Positions 60,201 to 64,000 of a stretch of 64,000 bases of DNA are shown here, in pieces (within the stretch, counting starts at the first letter, position 1; each line of letters opens with the position of its first letter). Position numbers and translations under genes: made by a program. The notes beneath the pieces were generated by a model. That model made no database searches and had not been told where the DNA came from. It worked only from the letters and a program-made list of their open reading frames with translations. Source of the stretch: Bacteroidetes bacterium UBA6161 (GTDB lineage Bacteria > Bacteroidota > Bacteroidia > NS11-12g > UBA955); assembly GCA_002422315.1 (NCBI GenBank), contig DIUJ01000068.1, forward strand, positions 30,882 through 94,881. Direction: 5' to 3'.

Positions 60201-60908
60201 GGTTGGTGAAAAACACCAACCACGGCGTATATTTTTAAGTTCTCGTAGGAAATGTCATGGTGAGGTTCTCGAACCACGACATTTCCTCTCTTTAATGGTT
60301 CGAGAGCCTCACCATGACAAACTCTTTTTTCCTTTTGTTGGTGTTTGTCTGTCCCCAATTTATTGGTGGACCACCTACCAACCGCAAAGCATCAGAGATC
60401 AGTCTAGTTTTCCTTGTGATTGGTGAAAAACACCAACCACGGCGTATATTTTTGAAATGGTTGATGGCCCGCCGTGCATGATGAAGAAAATGGAGTAAGG
60501 AGTGGTTGATGAAAAACACCAACCACGGCGTATATTTTTAAGTTCTCGTAGGAAAAGTCATGGTGAGGTTCTCGAACCACGACATTTCCTCTCTTTAATG
60601 GTTCGAGATCCTCACCATGACAAACTCTTTTTTCCTTTTGTTGGTGTTTGTCTGTCCCCAATTTATTGGTGGACCACCAACCAACCGTAAAGCATCAGAG
60701 ATCAGTCTAGTTTTCCTTGTGGTTGGTGAAAAACACTAACCACGGCGTATATTTTTAAGTTCTCGTAGGAAATGTCATGGTGAGGTTCTCGAACCACGAC
60801 ATTTCCTCTCTTTAATGGTTCGAGATCCTCACCATGACAAACTCTTTTTCCCTTTGGTTGGTGTTTGTCTGTCCCCAATTTATTGGTGGACCACCAACCA
60901 ACCGCAAA
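60201..60908. repeat. tandem array of structured repeats (4 x 36-bp hairpin module A, 3 x ~180-bp module B)
   Basis: Module A 'ggttggtgaaaaacaccaaccacggcgtatattttt' at 60201, 60418, 60504 and 60721. Module B at 60237, 60540 and 60757 carries a ~22-bp-stem hairpin plus T-run. Confidence 0.85.
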
Positions 60909-60910
60909 AA

Positions 60911-62347
60911 TTAGTCTAATTTATTCCTAACTATTTCATTTACCTTTTTTGGGTCTGCAGAACCTTTGGAAAGTTTCATTACCTCTCCTACAAACAAACC
61001 TAATAATCCTTTTTTGCCATTTTGGTATTCGGCTACTTTTTCTGGCATACTTTCCAATACCTTTAAAACCCAATTCTCTAGTTCTTCGGAATTAGTATTT
61101 TGTAAAATATTGTTTTTTGTAGCTATTTCTATAGGTTCTAAAGAAGGATTGGCAATAAGTTCGGGAAGAACTACAGATACTGCAGCCGTGTGGCTAATGG
61201 TATTTTCCATTACCAATTGGATTAATTTGGAAAGCTGTGTAGGATTTAACGGGAAAAGTGAAATATCTTTTGCTTGTTCGTTTAACCAAGATTTTATGGG
61301 GCCTAAGATCCAATTTGCAGCTGTTTTAGCATGTTTGCATTGTGCATACAATTCAGTAAAATAAGCGGCTGTATCTCTATCTTCTGTGAGTACTTGTGCA
61401 TCATAATCTGAAAGGCCTAGTTGTTGTGTGAATTTTTCAAATAATGCTTTGGGTAATTCTGGTAAACTTATTTTTACCTTATCCAAAAACTCTTGGTTTA
61501 TGATGAAAGGGGGTAAATCTGGTTCTGGGAAATAACGGTAATCTTGGGCTTCTTCTTTGCTTCGCATGGAAATAGTGCTACCATTGGCAGCATTAAAGCT
61601 ACGGGTTTCTGATACAATTTTTTCTCCTGCCAATACCGCTTCTGTTTGACGTTTTATTTCAAATTCTATGGCTCTTTTTACATTGGTCATAGAATTCATG
61701 TTTTTTACCTCTACTTTAGTTCCAAAGGTTTGGGAGCCTACAGGTCGTATGGAAATATTGGCGTCGCAGCGCATGCTTCCTTCTTCCATGTTTCCATCGC
61801 ATATATCCAGGTATCGCACCAGTTTTCTAATTTCGGAAACAAAGTGGTAAGCCTCTTCTCCGCTTCTAATTTCTGGTTCGCTTACTAATTCCACCAAGGG
61901 TACACCTGCTCTGTTGTAATCTATCAAGCTGTCGTATAGGTCTTGGTCGTGCATGCTTTTACCAGAGTCTTCTTCCATATGAATTCTGGTAATGGTAATT
62001 TTTTTGTTACCATTGTTGCTAGGTATTTCTACAAATCCGCCTGTGCAAATTGGGGTTTTGTCTTGAGATATTTGATATCCTTTGGGCAAGTCGGCATAGA
62101 AGTAGTTTTTTCTAGCATATCCATTTAATTGGGTAATGTTGCAATGAAGAGCAAGCCCTAGTTTTGTGGCATATTCAATGGCAGAAATATTGTGCATAGG
62201 AAGTGTGCCTGGGTGGCCTAAGCTTATAGCACTTACCAATGTATTTGGGGATTCGCCATACAATGCACTGTCTGCACAAAAAGCTTTGCTTTGAGTTTTT
62301 AACTGAATATGGATTTCTAATCCTATAACTGCTTCAAATTCTTGCAT
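60911..62347 (-). CDS. gatB: aspartyl/glutamyl-tRNA(Asn/Gln) amidotransferase subunit B
   Basis: 'MQEFEAVIGLEIHIQLKT' N-terminus and a GatB/YqeY C-terminal domain. Confidence 0.9.
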   Translation of the reverse strand: MQEFEAVIGLEIHIQLKTQSKAFCADSALYGESPNTLVSAISLGHPGTLPMHNISAIEYATKLGLALHCNITQLNGYARKNYFYADLPKGYQISQDKTPICTGGFVEIPSNNGNKKITITRIHMEEDSGKSMHDQDLYDSLIDYNRAGVPLVELVSEPEIRSGEEAYHFVSEIRKLVRYLDICDGNMEEGSMRCDANISIRPVGSQTFGTKVEVKNMNSMTNVKRAIEFEIKRQTEAVLAGEKIVSETRSFNAANGSTISMRSKEEAQDYRYFPEPDLPPFIINQEFLDKVKISLPELPKALFEKFTQQLGLSDYDAQVLTEDRDTAAYFTELYAQCKHAKTAANWILGPIKSWLNEQAKDISLFPLNPTQLSKLIQLVMENTISHTAAVSVVLPELIANPSLEPIEIATKNNILQNTNSEELENWVLKVLESMPEKVAEYQNGKKGLLGLFVGEVMKLSKGSADPKKVNEIVRNKLD

Positions 62348-62377
62348 TTTACTAATTTAAAAAGGAGGGGGTTACGT

Positions 62378-62827
62378 TTAGTTATTCAATAGGTTTTTTA
62401 ACATAGAAGCTACAAGAGCGCCATCTGCTCTTCCTGCTATCTCTTTTACAGCCAAAGGCATTACTTTGCCTAAGTCTTTCATGCTAGAGGCGCCACTTTG
62501 GCTTATAAGGTTTTCCAAAATATTTTTAAGTTCTTCTTCTCCTAGAGCTTTAGGTAGGTATTCTTCTAAAACCAATAGCTCTTCTTGTTCTTTGCTTGCA
62601 AGGTCTATTCTGTTTTGTTGTTCAAATACCGCAATACTATCTTTTCTTTGTTTGGCTAGTTTTTGAATCGCTTTTAAGCAGGTTTCGTCATCGGGTTCGC
62701 CGGCACCGGTTTCGGTTGCTAAGATTAAAAAAGCAGATTTCATGGACCTAAGTGCACGAAGTCTTGCTTCGTTTTTAGCCTTCATGGCCTCTTTTATTTG
62801 TTCGTTTACTTGTTGGAATAAAGACAT
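62378..62827 (-). CDS. yqeY: GatB/YqeY-domain protein
   Basis: 149 aa. 'VNEQIKEAMKAKNEARLRALRSMKSAF' as in YqeY. Confidence 0.7.
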   Translation of the reverse strand: MSLFQQVNEQIKEAMKAKNEARLRALRSMKSAFLILATETGAGEPDDETCLKAIQKLAKQRKDSIAVFEQQNRIDLASKEQEELLVLEEYLPKALGEEELKNILENLISQSGASSMKDLGKVMPLAVKEIAGRADGALVASMLKNLLNN

Positions 62828-62861
62828 GGTGCAAAATTAGTAAATACTATGGGAATTTGAA

Positions 62862-63632
62862 TTAAATAAAAAAGTCGAAACTGTCGCCACGCAAACCAAG
62901 TCTTAGTGCTTCTAAAGCAGATACTTCGTTTACTGCAATATTTCCTAAATTTATATTTGAACCATAAAGTTTTATAAACCAGACTTGCTGAGATTTTTGT
63001 GGGGCTTCCCAAATTACATTGTCAATATTTATTTTACGTTCAATTTCTGCCACCAAGCCTGTGCGTATTTCTCCACTTCCTCTAAACACGCCTACTGTTC
63101 CACTTTCTCTAGATTCAGCTACTACTTTCCATGCGCCTGCCTGTAATTCGTTTTCCATCATTTCTATCCAAGCATAGGGAGGGATAATCTTTTCAGCATC
63201 TTTGGAGCCTACTTCGCTTAACACTTTATATTCTTTTGCAAATTGGCTAATCAATTCACATTTTTTCTCATGTTCTAGGGAAATGCTACCATCAGAAATT
63301 TCTATTGTACTTATTCCTAAATTGTCTATGAGTCTTTTGTAATCCTCAATTTGGTTTCTAACTAAGTAAGCTTCGAAAAGTGTTCCACCTAGATAAATAT
63401 CTAAACCTGCTTGTTTGTATATGGCAATTTTTTCTTTTAGTTTAGGGGTCACAAGCGATGTTCCAAATCCCAGTTTTACTAGGTCTATAATATGTTCTCC
63501 AGACTCTGCAAGGCTAGCTGCTTGGAAGGTACTTAAGCCCTTGTCCATAACCATGGTTATGCCATTTTCTCTAGGCTTATTTGGGCGTTCAGGAAGGTTT
63601 GTTAACTTAAATAAATCGTGGTTAATAGTCAT
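62862..63632 (-). CDS. (2R)-phospho-3-sulfolactate synthase (ComA)-like protein
   Basis: 'KPRENGITMVMDKGL' and TIM-barrel length match the ComA family. Confidence 0.55.
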   Translation of the reverse strand: MTINHDLFKLTNLPERPNKPRENGITMVMDKGLSTFQAASLAESGEHIIDLVKLGFGTSLVTPKLKEKIAIYKQAGLDIYLGGTLFEAYLVRNQIEDYKRLIDNLGISTIEISDGSISLEHEKKCELISQFAKEYKVLSEVGSKDAEKIIPPYAWIEMMENELQAGAWKVVAESRESGTVGVFRGSGEIRTGLVAEIERKINIDNVIWEAPQKSQQVWFIKLYGSNINLGNIAVNEVSALEALRLGLRGDSFDFFI

Positions 63633-63653
63633 AAGTTTGCAAAGTAAAGCATT

Positions 63654-63947
63654 CTAAAACAATTCTCTAATACTAATTACTTCTGGGTCGTGTAAAAGTT
63701 CTTTGTCTATACTCTCTAAATATTCCAATGACTTGGCAGGGTCTTGCATAAAACAATTCAACAATTCTACATGGTGTACCTTGTTTCTTCCCTCTAACTT
63801 GTATACAAGCGATTTAAGAATAAGCATAAGTAGTTCGTTTTCATTTTTTTGAGAAATTTCTTCCTCGTATACCATGGTAGCCATAGGCAGCATTTCCAAT
63901 CTGTAAAATATTCCGAAAAAGGTTAAAACAAACTGATCGGGCTGCAT
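63654..63947 (-). CDS. hypothetical protein
   Basis: 97-aa ORF near the window edge. Confidence 0.25.
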   Translation of the reverse strand: MQPDQFVLTFFGIFYRLEMLPMATMVYEEEISQKNENELLMLILKSLVYKLEGRNKVHHVELLNCFMQDPAKSLEYLESIDKELLHDPEVISIRELF

Positions 63948-64000
63948 GAATCTAAGCTCTTTTGCCTTGTTGTAATTGTCTAAAATATCTGATTCTCTGT

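Noticed and set aside
60151-60690. ORFs of 91 and 62 aa (and antisense 76/85 aa) with near-identical translations across the 60.2-60.9 kb region
   Set aside because: They lie entirely within tandem DNA repeats. They appear on both strands, lack plausible start contexts and have no protein-like composition. They are a repeat artefact, not genes.
60201-60908. Possible CRISPR array
   Set aside because: Repeat units are 36 and ~180 bp. The units alternate and there are no 25-50-bp unique spacers. No cas genes are nearby.

Overview
This is an AT-rich window from a Bacteroidetes-type chromosome: it carries T9SS C-terminal sorting domains, a DUF4248 gene, a DUF349 gene and a Bacteroidetes-style tyrosine integrase. 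Five blocks are visible. (1) 1-17.4 kb is a mobile-element-style island. It has an Xis-like HTH gene and a toprim/P-loop primase-helicase, then a Type I R-M operon (hsdM-hsdS ... hsdR) with three extra genes translationally coupled between hsdS and hsdR. Those three are an RloC/PrrC-like zinc-hook ABC ATPase, an unknown 289-aa protein and a ClpB-D2-like AAA+ ATPase. After hsdR come an AbiH-like fragment and a subtilase (S8) protein abutting a convergent classical AAA ATPase. (2) 17.6-28.0 kb holds four large T9SS cargo genes. Two of them are bracketed by a ~345-bp direct repeat that contains a hairpin. (3) 28.8-32.9 kb has a two-component system, a WYL regulator and a HEPN-like small gene. (4) 33.1-55.5 kb is an integrated virus-like element lying beside tRNA-Ser(TGA) and a tyrosine integrase. 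All its genes are on the minus strand. Its contents are an anti-restriction-like module (N6-MTase, RadC/JAB, 1301-aa SNF2 helicase, P-loop ATPase), small structural and lysis genes, a phage Dam, DUF4248, a RelA/SpoT-domain (toxSAS-like) gene pair, and a 46-bp perfect palindrome with ATTGCCC iterons. (5) 55.6-64 kb is core: YihY, a SAM-MTase, DUF349, an HMG-CoA-lyase-like gene, gatB, yqeY and comA-like. Here a tandem array of highly structured ~220-bp repeats fills the gap upstream of gatB. The best candidates for undescribed biology are the hsd-embedded 289-aa + ClpB-like AAA+ pair (with the RloC-like gene), the S8-peptidase/AAA pair next to the AbiH fragment, and the RelA/SpoT pair in the prophage.
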